DNA of 64,000 bases from Phycisphaerales bacterium (GCA_020639095.1 JACKHH010000005.1:56574-120573), one strand, 5' to 3'; numbered from the stretch's first letter, positions 10,016 through 19,803 are shown. Notes: generated by a model not told the origin, from the sequence alone. A program made the numbers and translations.

Positions 10016-12128
10016 TTTCGAAATCGCGCCTCAACCGGAAATACACACCAACGTCGTCTTCCTCGCTGCCGGGTACGTCCAAGCGGTCGTACTCCACCAC
10101 GAATTCCGCGGTGAGTTCGCCGATCGCGTAATCAAAACCAGCCGACACGTCCCACGCGTTCGTCGTGCCGCGCACCGAGTCGTCCTGCCAACGGTAGGTG
10201 ACGCGCTCAAACGACGAGAGGCTTTCACGCAGGTACCAGCGGTGGTCAAGCTGAAGGTCGAGCCATGACACGTTGCGCTGATCCACGCCGCCTTCAAAGA
10301 AGAAGCGCGAGAACCGCACGGACGCGTCGAGCGAATGTTCCGACGTCTGAATGAAGCGATATAGACCGTTGAGGTGGAAGGCGTCGAAGGGCTCGACGGT
10401 GTCGTCGTAGATTTCGTACTCCGCGCCCAGCGTATACTTGGGCTGCTCGTAGCGAATACCGATGCGGTGGTGGTTTGTGCGATCGGCGTAGCGGGCGAAG
10501 CCGCGTGAGTAATCGGCTTCCTGGTTGCGGTACGAGAGGCGATAGTACGGCGTCAAGCCGTTGTCGAAACGCTGTTCGAGGCTGAAGTCGACCCGCATGG
10601 TGTCGAGCTTGCCGTCGGCTGGCGTCGAGTATTCGTAGTCAATCAGAATCGTTTCGTCATCGAGAATGCGCCCGGTCGCGATGCGGGAAATCTGCGTCCA
10701 CTGGCCGACCGTGACAATGAGGTAGTCGCGCAATGGCTGATATACCCGGCGATTCGCGGAATCGGTGACCACGATCGTGCCCGGAATCACGTTCGCATGT
10801 CGCAGCGTGATCTGCGTCGGGCCGCGGAACGTGGCGGACTCATTGAGCACCACGCGCGAACCGTTGTCACCGTTGACATCCTCCGTGTCGTACGCCAGTG
10901 CGAGGTTCGCCCACAACTGACCGTAGGGATTCTTGCGGTTGTACTGCCAATCAATCAATGCACCGTACTGCGTCGTTTGCACGTCGTTGTCAATGTCCTC
11001 ATACAGCCCGAACACGTCGACGGTCGTGGTAAGGTTCGTATAAAGCTGATGAATAAGCTGGAAGTCGGCGCGGTGCGTCGAGATGTCGTAGGCTTCGTAT
11101 TTCTCGCGATTGAACTGGTAGCGGTAGATCGTTGAAAGGTTGTCGTTGTGCTTCAACGTCAACTGCGGGCCGATTTCGAAGATGTCGCGGGCGAAGTCGC
11201 CGCTCTCTTCCTGCCAACGCATCCGCGTCCACAATTCATTCGCGTCGTCGGTACCGAAGGTGAACCGATCGTCGACAATGATCAGGTCGCGCGTGGTTTC
11301 GTAGGCATCGCGCAGGCCCTGATATTCCTGCTTGTTTTCCGCGTGTTCATACGTCGCGTTGATCGTGTGGTTTCGCGAGACCGTCCAGTCGACGCCATAG
11401 TTCAGCGTGCTGTCGGTGTAGTGCTCGTCGTCGTAGCGATCGCGATTGCCCGTGCGGTCGGTTTCGAGGTAGTCGTACCGCAGGTGCATCGAGAGGTCGT
11501 CCGCCACGTAGCTCCAGTCGGTACCGAAGCCGGTCTGGCGTTCGTCGAGCGACGGCTGGAAGCGGCGATTGATGCGATCGTCGCGGCGGATGGCGTACAC
11601 CGAACCCGAAAGCGGTTTGCCCTGGAAGAAGTTCATCCGCGCGTCGTAGAGCAGCAGCGTTCCGCTGTCATCGTCGCTGTAGTCCGCGGTGGGGCTGCGT
11701 TCGGAAAAGTGACTTTGCGTCAGGGCAAAGCTGAGATCGGCTTGGAAGGTGATGAAGCTTGGGTCGATGATCGTTCCGCCAAGACCAAGGCCGAAGCGCT
11801 CTTCGATATTCACATCGCGATTGGTTTGTGACCACTGCCGCCGGCCTTGCCTGCGCTGGCGAAGCTCGGAACGCACGCGCGTCTGATCAAACTGGGTTTC
11901 GAGTTCGAGGTAGCCGTCGAGGCGGTCGAGTGAGAAGTAACGCGGGCGTTCGCTGTCGTTGACCTCGTCGCTTTCATCCTGCGCAGCCGCGGAGGTCGCT
12001 GCAATAAGCAGCGTTGCGACGAACAGTGAAAAAGGGAACCGAACGGGGTTAGACCGCATGCCCATGATCGCTGCGTGCATCACATTCCTTAGAGCCATGG
12101 TCCGCGCCAAACAGACTCGTAGCCGCAC
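9996..12128 (-). CDS. Outer-membrane beta-barrel protein (about 690-710 aa), porin-like component of a putative porin-cytochrome conduit
   Basis: Probable start at the internal Met (about 12059) giving signal MRSNPVRFPFSLFVATLLIAATSAAAQ. The rest is rich in alternating aromatic/polar residues (Y, W, D, T, R) with no long hydrophobic helices, as in large beta-barrels of MtrB/OmbB-like size. It is the first gene of the minus-strand cytochrome/NHL operon. Confidence 0.6.
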   Translation of the reverse strand: MRLRVCLARTMALRNVMHAAIMGMRSNPVRFPFSLFVATLLIAATSAAAQDESDEVNDSERPRYFSLDRLDGYLELETQFDQTRVRSELRQRRQGRRQWSQTNRDVNIEERFGLGLGGTIIDPSFITFQADLSFALTQSHFSERSPTADYSDDDSGTLLLYDARMNFFQGKPLSGSVYAIRRDDRINRRFQPSLDERQTGFGTDWSYVADDLSMHLRYDYLETDRTGNRDRYDDEHYTDSTLNYGVDWTVSRNHTINATYEHAENKQEYQGLRDAYETTRDLIIVDDRFTFGTDDANELWTRMRWQEESGDFARDIFEIGPQLTLKHNDNLSTIYRYQFNREKYEAYDISTHRADFQLIHQLYTNLTTTVDVFGLYEDIDNDVQTTQYGALIDWQYNRKNPYGQLWANLALAYDTEDVNGDNGSRVVLNESATFRGPTQITLRHANVIPGTIVVTDSANRRVYQPLRDYLIVTVGQWTQISRIATGRILDDETILIDYEYSTPADGKLDTMRVDFSLEQRFDNGLTPYYRLSYRNQEADYSRGFARYADRTNHHRIGIRYEQPKYTLGAEYEIYDDTVEPFDAFHLNGLYRFIQTSEHSLDASVRFSRFFFEGGVDQRNVSWLDLQLDHRWYLRESLSSFERVTYRWQDDSVRGTTNAWDVSAGFDYAIGELTAEFVVEYDRLDVPGSEEDDVGVYFRLRRDFENVLARN

Positions 12129-12340
12129 GCATACTCCGTCCTCATTTCATCGGAAACGTATACGGGCGTTGATAAGCCTCTGCAAGCATAAACTGCGCGA
12201 GATTGTCTTTGCGATACTGATGAACGGGTCGAAGCCAGGGCGTACGCCGACCACCCGAGGTGAACGCCGAGACTTAAGACTCTTGCCGCGGCGAGGCGGC
12301 GACCGATTCTAGTATGGTTCTGGAAATTCGCTGCTTGAAA

Positions 12341-12369
12341 TTGACAACAATGTGCCTATGTTAGCATAG
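12341..12369 (+). promoter_or_regulatory. Candidate promoter with operator-like palindrome upstream of the pentaheme lipoprotein cytochrome gene
   Basis: TTGACA at 12341-12346. The palindrome CTATG-TTAG-CATAG at 12356-12369 overlaps a TAGCAT -10-like hexamer. AAAGGAG ribosome-binding site at 12391-12397 precedes ATG 12405. Confidence 0.35.
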
Positions 12370-12404
12370 CCATCAGATCAGCGCCGCCGAAAGGAGTCCG
12401 TGGC

Positions 12405-12992
12405 ATGCGCAAACTTCTCTGCGCGTTGGCAGTTTCTTCCTTCGCAATCGCCGTCGTGCTGGGCTGCGCTGCCGATACGCGCGACCGGCTTACCCGGTTC
12501 TTCTTCGAGGTTCCGGACGAGAGCGCGGAAGCGTCGGCTGAGAAGTCGTTCCCCACGCAGACCCCGCCACCGGAAATCAAGTTTCCTCCGCCGCGTTTCG
12601 CGTCATTGCACGATCCGTACGTCGAAAAGCAGTGCGACGCGTGCCACGACATGTCAGCGAAAATGGAGGTCAACAAGGATTTGCAGGCCTCGTGCGGCGA
12701 GTGTCACGACGACTACTTCGACAACGATGAAATCAAGCACGACCCGGTGGCTGAGGGCGATTGCCTGATGTGCCATTTGCCGCATCGCAGCGAGTACCCG
12801 GCGTTGCTGCGCCAGCCGGTGCTCGCAACCTGTTCAGATTGCCACGACGAACCGGCAGACCTGAGCGAGCCCGCCCATGCGGGCAAGGGCGCGGAGAACT
12901 GCACCACGTGCCACGATCCGCACTTCGGCGGCGAGCACTTGCTCAAAGCCGACTACAAAGGGCCAAAGGCCGCGGACGAGTCGGACGAATAA
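12405..12992 (+). CDS. Pentaheme c-type cytochrome lipoprotein
   Basis: Signal plus lipobox AVVLGCAAD. Five CxxCH sites (CDACH, CGECH, CLMCH, CSDCH, CTTCH). Good ribosome-binding site. Confidence 0.85.
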   Translation: MRKLLCALAVSSFAIAVVLGCAADTRDRLTRFFFEVPDESAEASAEKSFPTQTPPPEIKFPPPRFASLHDPYVEKQCDACHDMSAKMEVNKDLQASCGECHDDYFDNDEIKHDPVAEGDCLMCHLPHRSEYPALLRQPVLATCSDCHDEPADLSEPAHAGKGAENCTTCHDPHFGGEHLLKADYKGPKAADESDE

Positions 12993-13072
12993 ATAAGATG
13001 AGCGGTACGCGGGCAGGTTTCGCCCGGGCGTGCCCAGCACTGCGTTCGCAGAAAACTCGACGGAGATTCGCC

Positions 13073-13648
13073 ATGTTGAAGAAGTCGGCCAACGGTTCAT
13101 CACGCAAAATGGTTCGTAAGTCCTGCGCTGTTGCGGCGCCCGTCGCATTGTTGTTTGCCGCGATGGTGCTCTGCGCCGGGTCCAGTGGCTGCGGAGCGAA
13201 CGCCGACGACATCCTCTTTCAAAGCCTGACCGCGACCGGCAACACCGCGTTCGATCTGCTGCTCACCGAGTTCGCCAACCAGGTGGCGGACGCCCTCAAT
13301 CCCGCACCGGTTGATGACGGTAACAATGACGGTGATGGGGACGGCGACGGTGATGGAGACGGCGATGGTGATGGAGACGGAGATGGCGATGGTGACGGTG
13401 ATGGGGATGGCGACGGCGGCGACGTGATTCCGATGGGTGACGCGGTCGCCGGCGAAGCAACCTTTGTGGCCGATGGCTGCAACCTGTGCCACGGCGATGC
13501 GGGACAGGGCGTATCGGCCCCCGCGCTCGCGGGCAACAATGAGTTGAGCGATCTCGAAACCCGTTTCGGCGGCGGGGCGAGCCACTTCGGCAAGACGCTG
13601 AGCGATCAGGATATCGAAGACGTCGCGACCTGGCTGCTCTCGTTGTAG
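13073..13648 (+). CDS. Monoheme class-I c-type cytochrome with signal peptide and a poly(Asp-Gly) linker
   Basis: ATG at 13073 (alternative ATG at 12998). Signal ...VALLFAAMVLCAGSSGC. (DG)n tract of about 30 residues encoded at about 13327-13420. A single CNLCH heme site followed by a Met-containing C-terminal segment. Confidence 0.7.
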   Translation: MLKKSANGSSRKMVRKSCAVAAPVALLFAAMVLCAGSSGCGANADDILFQSLTATGNTAFDLLLTEFANQVADALNPAPVDDGNNDGDGDGDGDGDGDGDGDGDGDGDGDGDGDGGDVIPMGDAVAGEATFVADGCNLCHGDAGQGVSAPALAGNNELSDLETRFGGGASHFGKTLSDQDIEDVATWLLSL

Positions 13649-13716
13649 CGCGGGGAGCAGCAACGACTGATCGCGCGACGATTCTCGCACGGTCGATCAC
13701 AACCTGACGAATAATC

Positions 13717-13760
13717 AATGCCCTGTAGCGGCAAACATCGCGCCGCTACAGGGCATTTGT
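13717..13760. terminator. Bidirectional Rho-independent terminator between convergent genes
   Basis: Perfect 16-bp stem AATGCCCTGTAGCGGC/GCCGCTACAGGGCATT with a 9-nt loop. T-rich on the right side and A-rich on the left side. Confidence 0.7.
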
Positions 13761-13842
13761 CATTGAGGTATTTACCTGTCCCGATCCGCTACCCGGCCCG
13801 GCAGTGGATCGTCCGGCAGATCAGGTAACCATCTCGCCTTCG

Positions 13843-16800
13843 CTACATGCCCGCGTCAAACGCAATTTGCAACTTCGCGAAGTCCTTGAGATCGACGTGG
13901 GCGTCGCGATTCAGATCGGCATCGTGGCAGCCCGGCAGCACTTCCGCAACCGGGCCAGTCAGGCAGTCTTCCAGCAACGCGAAGTCGGCAAGGTCCACGT
14001 CGCCGTCATCGTCGATGTCGCCCGCGAGCAGCACGCCGTATGCCTCGAACTCGTTGAGTGAACAGCCATTCGCGGTCGCGCCCACGTGGGCGTAGAGGCG
14101 GATGTATCGTGCGATTGCGTGCATATCGATCGACTCGGTCGCGCCGGCACCGTCCGTCGTGGCGTAGACATTCGTCCACGTGTCACCGTCGTCCGAAACG
14201 TCGATGTCGTACACCTGCGAATAGGCATCCGCCCATTTGAGCACGACCTGATCGACTTCGTAACGAGCACCCAGGTTGACTTCGAGCCACTGCGGATCAC
14301 CGTCTTCGCTTGCCCATGCCGTGCCCGCGTCGCCGTCAACCGCCAAATCGCCGACCAGCGCCATGCTGTTGACCGACGAGAGTTCGACGTCATCGAAGAG
14401 CACGTCAGCGCTTGAGCCCGCGATGGCGCCGCCCGCCAGTCGCAGCATGACCAACGCCTTGTCCGCGCCGGCAGGCGCCACGACATTGGTAAATCCAAAG
14501 TTGGCGTAGCTCTCGGTCAATCCGCCGCCGATGTCCAGGAACCCGGTCCCGCCAACAACGCCGCCGCCCGCATTCAGCCACTGCATGTTCATCTGCGCGA
14601 CAACGCTGACGCCCAGCGTGCCCAAACGGCGTGCCTTGGCTGACAGGTTGTACGTCTCGCCTGCAACGATCGAACCATCGGGCGTGATCTGCTGTGCGAG
14701 CGCTGCGGGACCGCCATCGGCGGCACCGACCACGCTGAGCTGGACGTGCCACGCGCCGCTGTTCGGGTTTGACGATTCGCGTGTGGCGGTCGCCGTCGAA
14801 CTGCCCGCGGGGAAACCGAGCAACGACCAGTTGTCGGCGTCGCTGCCGCTACCGTCTTCGAAGCCGCCGTTGAGCAGGAGCACGCCACTGGCTGCGGTCG
14901 ACGTGGTGACCGGCTTGCCCAGGGCAATGTTCTGCGGTGGATTGGTGACTTCGACCTGCACCTGATCGCTGCCCATCAAGCCGAGATTGTCGGTGACGGT
15001 CAATTCAAAAACGTAGGTGCCTTCGTAGAGGTCTTCGACGTCGGTCGTTGCCTGCGACGGATCGGTGATGGTCGCGGTCGCGGGGCCGCTGATCTGCGCC
15101 CACGCGTATGCAACGATGGTTCCGTCCGCGTCCCAGCCGCTACCGGTCAGCGTCGCGCTGTCGGTCGGCAGGGCGATGACCTGATCAGCGCCCGCGTCCG
15201 CGGTCGGTTCGGGTGTGGCCACTGTTACCGTCGCGCTGTCGCTGTCGGTGAGGTCGTCATCGTCCGTCACCGTCAGGCGGAATATGTAAGTGCCCTCGAC
15301 GAGATTGGACACGCCGAGCATCGCGGTGTTCGCGTTGGTGAGCGTTGCGTTCGACGGGCCGCTGATCTGCACCCAGGTAAAGTCGGTGATGACTCCGTCG
15401 TCGGTGCTCTGCGAACCGTCGAGCGTCGTGCTGTTGGTCGGGAGGATCAGCACTTGATCATCGCCGGCGTCCGCTTCGGGCAGGCCCGCGCCGACCGGTA
15501 ATGCATCACCGCCACCGAGCAGGCAGACATCGTCGAACTCGATATCCGAAATCGGTCCGTTGACGCCGAGAACCTGGAACAGCATGCTCACCTCGGTGAG
15601 ATTGACCGCGTCGATGATGTCGGCCATGGGGATTTCCAAAACGTGCCATTGACCGTCGCGGGCGAATCCGTACGGGTCGTTGCCCGCGGCGAATTCGATC
15701 CACTTCTGGTCGATGTCGTCGACGTTTCCGCTGCGCATGCCCAGGCGGAACGTTGTATTCGACGTCGTCTTCATCGCCAGGTGCAACGTGCTTTCGGGGA
15801 AGCGGAACGCGGAAAGGTTGTGCTTGATCGTCGGCGTGAAGGCCGCACCGAACCAGGTCAAACCGGGCACGGAGTAGAGCGACACACTTTCCGCGCCTTC
15901 GTACGGATCGTGCGATCCTTCCAGCAAGGTATGCTCCCAAATGTAGAAACCACCATCCGGGCCAAGGTCGTAGTTGCCCGCCGTCTTGTGCGCCGGGTCT
16001 TCGGTGAAGATACCGAAGCTGCCGTTCTCCGGCGTGGGACGTTCGACGCTCGGCGTCCAGTACATGTTGTCGATCGCGAACTGGAACGGGCCAGCCGATG
16101 GGTCGCCCGCGATCATGAACAACTGGCTGACCGTGTTGAAGTCGGTATTCAGAAACTTGTTCAACGGTACCACAACGTTGTGCCAGTTGCCGTCGCGCAC
16201 CAGACCGTAGTTGGTTACGCCATCCTCGAAGAGCACCCAGGCTTCACCGGACGTCGCGCTCTTGAGTCCGATCTTGAAATTCTCGGTGGACGTGGTCTTC
16301 ATCTGGAAGTGCAGGTAGCCGTCGGAGTAGTTCTTCAGGTTGCGATCGAATTGCGTGGAAAGCACGCCCATTCCCCACCAGGCGCCCGGAGCGGCTGACA
16401 TGCTCCAAACCTCGCTGCCTTCGTATGGGGTTTCCGCAACTTCGGTGAGGTTGTTCCAGATGAACAGGTCGGCATCGGTCTCGTACTGCACGTGGTTGTT
16501 GACCGGTGTGGTCTCGGTGAAGATTCCGAAGTCACCCGTCTCCTGCACGTCGTCGCCGTAGAACAGTTCCGTATCGCCGTTGTCGTAAATGCGGATGTAA
16601 TCGATGTACATCCTGCCGGGGAAAGGAGCGGTGATCGCGCCCGGATCGGTGATTTCGATGAAGTTCCATCCGCCGACCGCGACGTTCGTCAGGATGAACA
16701 TCGGCTCGTGGAACTCTTCCAGGTCGTCCGCCACCGGATCGCTGATGTCCAGCGACCAGTAGAGATCGCCATCGACGTAGGTCCTGATTTCCGTCGGCGT

Positions 16801-17511
16801 CCATTCCATCCTGAACAGGTGGTAGTCGTTGTAGAGCACCGTCGGCCTGTCGGTGTAGTCGGTGGTGTAGATGTGCTCGTCGTTGAGTTCCCAATGGCCC
16901 GCCGAAGAAACGCGCTGATTGACCAATCCTGCTTCTTTTCCGTCCTTGCGACCGAACTCCATGATGTCCAACTCGCCGCATCGCGGCCAGTCGATCGCGC
17001 CGTAGCTGCTGCCCATGATCCACAGCGCGGGCCAGATACCGTAGTCCACGTCAGGGAGTTTGATCCGCGCTTCGAGGGTGCCGTATTTGAACGAGAACCG
17101 GCCATTGGTAACCAGGCGGGACGAGGTGAACGCCTTGTCGCCGAGGAAGTAGTCGCGGCGGGCTTCGATCACCAGGCTGCCGTTGTCGATGCGAACGTTT
17201 TCCGGGCGGTTGGTGTAATACTGCAATTCCCCATTTCCAAAACCGCTGCCGCCGGTGTTGAAGGTCCAGGTGGAACGATCAATTTCGGGCCCGTCGAATT
17301 CGTCCGACCAGACCAGGGTCTGTCCGAAGGCCACGGATGTCAGAGACAACCCCACCAATGTTGCAAGAATGCAAACCGGATAGCTCTTCACGCTACGCCG
17401 TCCCTTCCTGTTGTCGCTCACGGTGCGGGAATGCACCGAAGGAATGAAATCGCAAACAGTCTCTGCGACTGTTTCAGGCCCATCGTATGAAGTATGGCTT
17501 GCACCTGTCAA
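13843..17511 (-). CDS. Secreted multidomain glycoside hydrolase family 16 beta-glucanase (laminarinase-like) with CBM-like, PKD/Ig-like and F5/8-type-C (discoidin) domains and a C-terminal dockerin-like module
   Basis: GH16 catalytic motif ELDIME within a WSDEF...GELDIMEF context. Two roughly 90-aa Ig/PKD-like repeats (VLILPTNSTTLDGSQS..., VIALPTDSATLTGSG...). A discoidin-like block (EVDQVVLKWADAYSQVYDIDVSDDGDTW). C-terminal DIDDDGDVDLADFA...DLNRDAHVDLKDFA dockerin-type Ca-binding repeats. The likely true start is GTG near 17385, preceded by AGGAAGGGA. The signal peptide is VKSYPVCILATLVGLSLTSVAFGQ. Confidence 0.75.
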   Translation of the reverse strand: MTGASHTSYDGPETVAETVCDFIPSVHSRTVSDNRKGRRSVKSYPVCILATLVGLSLTSVAFGQTLVWSDEFDGPEIDRSTWTFNTGGSGFGNGELQYYTNRPENVRIDNGSLVIEARRDYFLGDKAFTSSRLVTNGRFSFKYGTLEARIKLPDVDYGIWPALWIMGSSYGAIDWPRCGELDIMEFGRKDGKEAGLVNQRVSSAGHWELNDEHIYTTDYTDRPTVLYNDYHLFRMEWTPTEIRTYVDGDLYWSLDISDPVADDLEEFHEPMFILTNVAVGGWNFIEITDPGAITAPFPGRMYIDYIRIYDNGDTELFYGDDVQETGDFGIFTETTPVNNHVQYETDADLFIWNNLTEVAETPYEGSEVWSMSAAPGAWWGMGVLSTQFDRNLKNYSDGYLHFQMKTTSTENFKIGLKSATSGEAWVLFEDGVTNYGLVRDGNWHNVVVPLNKFLNTDFNTVSQLFMIAGDPSAGPFQFAIDNMYWTPSVERPTPENGSFGIFTEDPAHKTAGNYDLGPDGGFYIWEHTLLEGSHDPYEGAESVSLYSVPGLTWFGAAFTPTIKHNLSAFRFPESTLHLAMKTTSNTTFRLGMRSGNVDDIDQKWIEFAAGNDPYGFARDGQWHVLEIPMADIIDAVNLTEVSMLFQVLGVNGPISDIEFDDVCLLGGGDALPVGAGLPEADAGDDQVLILPTNSTTLDGSQSTDDGVITDFTWVQISGPSNATLTNANTAMLGVSNLVEGTYIFRLTVTDDDDLTDSDSATVTVATPEPTADAGADQVIALPTDSATLTGSGWDADGTIVAYAWAQISGPATATITDPSQATTDVEDLYEGTYVFELTVTDNLGLMGSDQVQVEVTNPPQNIALGKPVTTSTAASGVLLLNGGFEDGSGSDADNWSLLGFPAGSSTATATRESSNPNSGAWHVQLSVVGAADGGPAALAQQITPDGSIVAGETYNLSAKARRLGTLGVSVVAQMNMQWLNAGGGVVGGTGFLDIGGGLTESYANFGFTNVVAPAGADKALVMLRLAGGAIAGSSADVLFDDVELSSVNSMALVGDLAVDGDAGTAWASEDGDPQWLEVNLGARYEVDQVVLKWADAYSQVYDIDVSDDGDTWTNVYATTDGAGATESIDMHAIARYIRLYAHVGATANGCSLNEFEAYGVLLAGDIDDDGDVDLADFALLEDCLTGPVAEVLPGCHDADLNRDAHVDLKDFAKLQIAFDAGM

Positions 17512-17715
17512 TGGACTGGCGCGCGTTCCAGGTGGATTTCGCGCGAGTATTTCTGTTGCGGAAAGCGGCTGATTTCGCGCAGTTTATGGCCCGTCGGATT
17601 GGGAAAACGAGACGCGCGTGCTCGTCCTTGGTTGCTGTGACGTTGGCCAGCCTTTTTGGGGCGATTGTTGGCGTATTTGTTGCGTGGCGAGCGCTAAGGC
17701 GTTGCCGGATAGTGT

Positions 17716-19803
17716 TTACTTGGGGCCGTCGCTCCCTGCCAGTTCCTTGCCAAGGTTGACGCTCATCTTATCGGCTGCGTCGTTGACCTCGTCGGTCAGG
17801 GCATCGAGCACCTTGATGGCTGCGTCCGGATTGTGCAGGTGGTTCGCGTGGTTGAGTCGGATAAGAACGTTACGCGTATCCTCGAGCGTCTGCCGCGCCG
17901 CGTCCGCGCCGGAGGTGCGTGTCTTGTCCAGCACGGCCTCGAACTTGTCGCAATTCTCGAGGAACTTTGCCTGCACATCGTGGAACTTCGCGTCCCACTC
18001 GTCGAGCTTGCCGTCGTATTCGTCATCGTGGCAGTCGGCGCACACCGTGTTCATCTTCGCCCGCGTGAGTGGTTGTGACAGGTCGTGGCAGTCTGAGCAG
18101 CCGACATCGTCGGCCATCGGATCCGGTTCGATCTTGAAACGCGCGAAGACCGGATCGCTGCCCGCGAACAAGCCTTGCACGCCGGTATGGCACCCGGCGC
18201 AGGTAGTCTCCGGCGTGAGGCCGCCCGTGTGGCACTGATCGCAGCGCACGGCTGCGTGTGTTGCATCGAGTTCGTACGGATGCTGGAACTCGCCCTTGCT
18301 GATCAGATCCTTCTTCGACTCAACGTGTACGGTGTTGAGAAATGTGTGGCACGAACTGCACTCGTGGCTGATGGCATTGCCGTGCTGGTTCACGTGCTTG
18401 CCGTCGTGGCAGCGGAAGCACCCGGGCGATTCCAGGTGGCCGATGTTGTCGGGATACGTGCGCCAGTCGACGCGCATGTACGGGAAGAAGTTCTGGTCGT
18501 AGATCTGCGAGGTGGCTTCCGCCGCAGCACGGATTTTCTCGCCATCCTCTTCGAACTGCTTGGGATATTCCTTGCGGTAAAAATCGGAGATGCTCTTGAC
18601 GATGCCTTCGTGGGCTGCGTCGTCATTGGGATAGGTCACCGCCAGCGCTTTGACGGCTTCTCGTTTGATGTACGGAATGCCGGGGTCAATGCCGCCGGTT
18701 TCGAGGAACGCATTCACGCCGTCGCTGGGCGAGTGGAACTTGTGTGCGGGCCGATTGTGGCAGTCCATGCAGTCCATCATGCGCCGCTGGCCGTCCGGAG
18801 GCGTGCTGGCTGCGGCTTCGCCGTCGGAGCGGTAGATCAGCTCCTCGCCCGATTCGTCGATCCAGCGCACCCAGGGGATTTCCTGAAGCTTGTCGTCGGT
18901 GGCGATGTACTCGATTTTCCCGGAGAAAAGCATGTGTTTGTGGATACCCTCCGCGCGACCGGTGGCCAGGTCGGCGCCACCGGTTTTCACCAGCATCTCG
19001 ATGTCGCGACGCGTGTTGTTCTCGTCCGACTTGAAGCGTGCAATCTGGCGAAGCTGGGCGCCGAAGAACTTGTTCGGCCAGTGACACTGTTCGCAAGTTT
19101 CGCGCGCCGGGCGCAGTTGTTCGATTGCGGGAGGGATGGGGCGGTGATAGGTGTCGAACACCACGGCAAACACCTGCCGCGTGCCGGACAGCTTGGACTT
19201 TACGAACCAGCTCGCGCCGGAGCCGATGTGACACTCGGCGCAGGCGACGCGCGCGTGCGACGACCGGCTGAAAGCGACCGCCTGCGGTTCCATGACCGAG
19301 TGACACGCATTGGCACAAAACTGCGTCGAGTCGGTGTAGTGGTACCCGTGATAGCTGCTCACGCCGAGGATGGGCAAGAACAGCAGAATACCCAGCACGG
19401 TGAGCTTGGCCACGCGGCGCTGGCGGGGGTCGTTCAGGTTGATGCGTGGAAAACGCAACGACAACTTCTGCGTGGGATCGATGCGACGGATGCGCCAGCT
19501 CTTGAACAGGATACCCAAAGGCATCAACGCGACGCCGATGCCCATGAGCACTGGAATCGCGAGGTATCCGAAGATGTCGACGTACGGGTTGCTCGCGGGC
19601 GACACCACGGAGAACAACCCGAAGGTCAGCAGCAGGATGAGCGCCATGATGGCGATGTACATCCCGCCGATTGTGATCACGTTGTGCCACAGCGGATGCG
19701 CTTCGGTCTCGGGTTCCGATGACTTGGCGGCGCCCGGTGTCGAGGGCGTCGTGTTGCGCGATTCGTCACGTGGCGTGTCGTTGTGGTCTGGCATAGCGGT
19801 CAA
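17716..19803 (-). CDS. ImcH-like inner-membrane multiheme cytochrome of the NapC/NirT family (9 CxxCH plus 1 CxxxCH sites, 3 N-terminal TM helices)
   Basis: Three TM helices near the N-terminus. Motifs CANACH (CxxxCH), CAECH, CEQCH, CMDCH, CFRCH, CSSCH, CDQCH, CAGCH, CSDCH, CADCH. A membrane anchor followed by a tetraheme NapC-like core and then extra hemes matches the architecture described for Geobacter ImcH. Confidence 0.75.
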   Translation of the reverse strand: MTAMPDHNDTPRDESRNTTPSTPGAAKSSEPETEAHPLWHNVITIGGMYIAIMALILLLTFGLFSVVSPASNPYVDIFGYLAIPVLMGIGVALMPLGILFKSWRIRRIDPTQKLSLRFPRINLNDPRQRRVAKLTVLGILLFLPILGVSSYHGYHYTDSTQFCANACHSVMEPQAVAFSRSSHARVACAECHIGSGASWFVKSKLSGTRQVFAVVFDTYHRPIPPAIEQLRPARETCEQCHWPNKFFGAQLRQIARFKSDENNTRRDIEMLVKTGGADLATGRAEGIHKHMLFSGKIEYIATDDKLQEIPWVRWIDESGEELIYRSDGEAAASTPPDGQRRMMDCMDCHNRPAHKFHSPSDGVNAFLETGGIDPGIPYIKREAVKALAVTYPNDDAAHEGIVKSISDFYRKEYPKQFEEDGEKIRAAAEATSQIYDQNFFPYMRVDWRTYPDNIGHLESPGCFRCHDGKHVNQHGNAISHECSSCHTFLNTVHVESKKDLISKGEFQHPYELDATHAAVRCDQCHTGGLTPETTCAGCHTGVQGLFAGSDPVFARFKIEPDPMADDVGCSDCHDLSQPLTRAKMNTVCADCHDDEYDGKLDEWDAKFHDVQAKFLENCDKFEAVLDKTRTSGADAARQTLEDTRNVLIRLNHANHLHNPDAAIKVLDALTDEVNDAADKMSVNLGKELAGSDGPK

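Noticed and set aside
18175-19722. Long plus-strand ORFs antisense to the multiheme cytochrome genes (e.g. 18175-19722, 20529-21734, 22934-23893, 7998-8492, 16492-17490)
   Set aside because: These are high-GC antisense open frames lacking start and ribosome-binding-site context. They lie fully within strongly supported cytochrome or glycoside-hydrolase genes on the other strand.
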